A stretch of DNA of 64,000 bases from an uncultured Bacteroidota bacterium (GTDB taxonomy: Bacteria > Bacteroidota > Bacteroidia > UKL13-3). Below, piece by piece: positions 62,894 to 64,000 of this stretch (positions are counted from its first letter, which is position 1; every line of letters starts with the position of its first letter). The notes under the pieces were generated by a model. The model saw only the letters and a program-made list of their open reading frames with translations. It did not search any database and was not told where the DNA came from. The translations under genes were made by a program, and so were the position numbers. The stretch spans positions 980 through 64,979 of the forward strand of contig CAINMV010000010.1 in the NCBI GenBank assembly GCA_903850915.1. The letters are read 5' to 3'.

Positions 62894-64000
62894 TTAAAAA
62901 GCTTCACCTAAGTTAAATGAAAATCCGCTGGCGCCATTTAAGCCAATAGCATAACTTAGAACGAGGTGTGTATTAGCATATTTATTGGCAAGCATTCGAA
63001 TACTACATCCGGCACCTGGCAATATTGGATCAAACTTAGTGTTCGTTTTATTGCTCACCGAAAGTGCATTGGCAAATACAGAACCAGCAATCAATCCATT
63101 ACGTGTAATGTCAAAACGATATTCTGATTCAATGTAAATCAAATTTTTAGCTGTGTATCGACCCTGACGAAAGGCTCTAGCTACATTCGACTCCGTGTCC
63201 CATCCGTTACCGGGCAAATCGAAATATGGTTGCTTACCACTTAAGGTAAACCAATTGTAACTCCAAAAGGCGAGTATATTATTACTATTCCTGGAAACAG
63301 AAAAATACTTACGAAGATCAACTCTAATAGTATTCCAATTTTGCGTTGCGCCAAGGCGCTTGGAACTGCTGCGATACATTGCATTAGCGTAGTAACCTTG
63401 CGATGGGTTATTTGAGTTTTTGCGCTCATCGAAAAGGAAATTTAAAACGAAGCCAGAAGACACACAAGAAGAATCGAACCCATAGTTTCTAATATCACCA
63501 TTATAAAAAGAACCGTTCGATGCATCCGGTATTATATTCCAATGGCAATCGAAGTTATAACCAACACCAACCAAAACATCTTTAGCAAGCTGACGCATCA
63601 CCAACTGATGAAAGCGAAAATGAGAATAATTAATAAGCTCAGCATCACTATCATGATTAACGCCTCCTAGGCCGTAGGCCTTAGTTGAGTATTTCAGATA
63701 TCGCCAATCCCCTTGCAGGCAGAATTTATTTCCGCGAGTCCAGATGGTGCTAATTATTGGAAAAAGAAATTGTTTGTATTGAGTATATTCCACAATAAAG
63801 TCAATTGATGAAATTTTATTGACACTATCTTTATGAAAATAAAAAGAGGCATTATTTGTACAAACTGCAGAGAAGCCTTTTTGCTGGGCATAACCAAATC
63901 CGGGTAAAATTGACCAGTAAACAAGATTCGATTTCCTAGCTAAAGTATCCTTCCGAATCTGGTCTTTAGTTTTAAATCTGGAACGTAACACATCAAATAA
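62894..64000 (-). CDS. BamA/TamA-like (Omp85 barrel) outer-membrane protein; 5' end outside the window
   Basis: Frame open to the window edge; D.R.N..NP..G, R...QGRY and C-terminal LGEAF. Confidence 0.75.
   Translation of the reverse strand, partial: LFDVLRSRFKTKDQIRKDTLARKSNLVYWSILPGFGYAQQKGFSAVCTNNASFYFHKDSVNKISSIDFIVEYTQYKQFLFPIISTIWTRGNKFCLQGDWRYLKYSTKAYGLGGVNHDSDAELINYSHFRFHQLVMRQLAKDVLVGVGYNFDCHWNIIPDASNGSFYNGDIRNYGFDSSCVSSGFVLNFLFDERKNSNNPSQGYYANAMYRSSSKRLGATQNWNTIRVDLRKYFSVSRNSNNILAFWSYNWFTLSGKQPYFDLPGNGWDTESNVARAFRQGRYTAKNLIYIESEYRFDITRNGLIAGSVFANALSVSNKTNTKFDPILPGAGCSIRMLANKYANTHLVLSYAIGLNGASGFSFNLGEAF

Overview
A 64 kb, AT-rich stretch of core chromosome from a free-living, probably gliding Bacteroidota. 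Evidence for the phylum: TAnnTTTG -7 promoters, T9SS SprE/PorW and a type-B CTD cargo, UpxY, and DUF4286/DUF6089/IPExxxVDY proteins. It is mostly housekeeping: a glycine/ornithine-lipid acyltransferase pair, nadK, dapF, yceD-rpmF-plsX, a deoxyhypusine synthase-like enzyme, two TonB-type receptors, citrate synthase, four tRNAs plus tuf, icmF, rplU-rpmA, purM-hflX, yidC, radC and sucD. I see no CRISPR array, prophage, integrase or intact transposase, and no clearly complete novel multi-gene system. The best leads are: (1) icmF split into two intact ORFs at a linker bearing an imperfect direct repeat; (2) a tandem SpoVK/CbbX-type AAA+ ATPase with a duplicated unknown N-terminal domain; (3) an orphan UpxY ahead of a T9SS adhesin; (4) a porin-like plus Rieske lipoprotein pair behind paired palindromic operator boxes; (5) several probable leaderless genes; (6) sigma54- and ECF-like promoter sets; (7) two gene/IS relics. 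All family calls come from motif recognition, not database searches.
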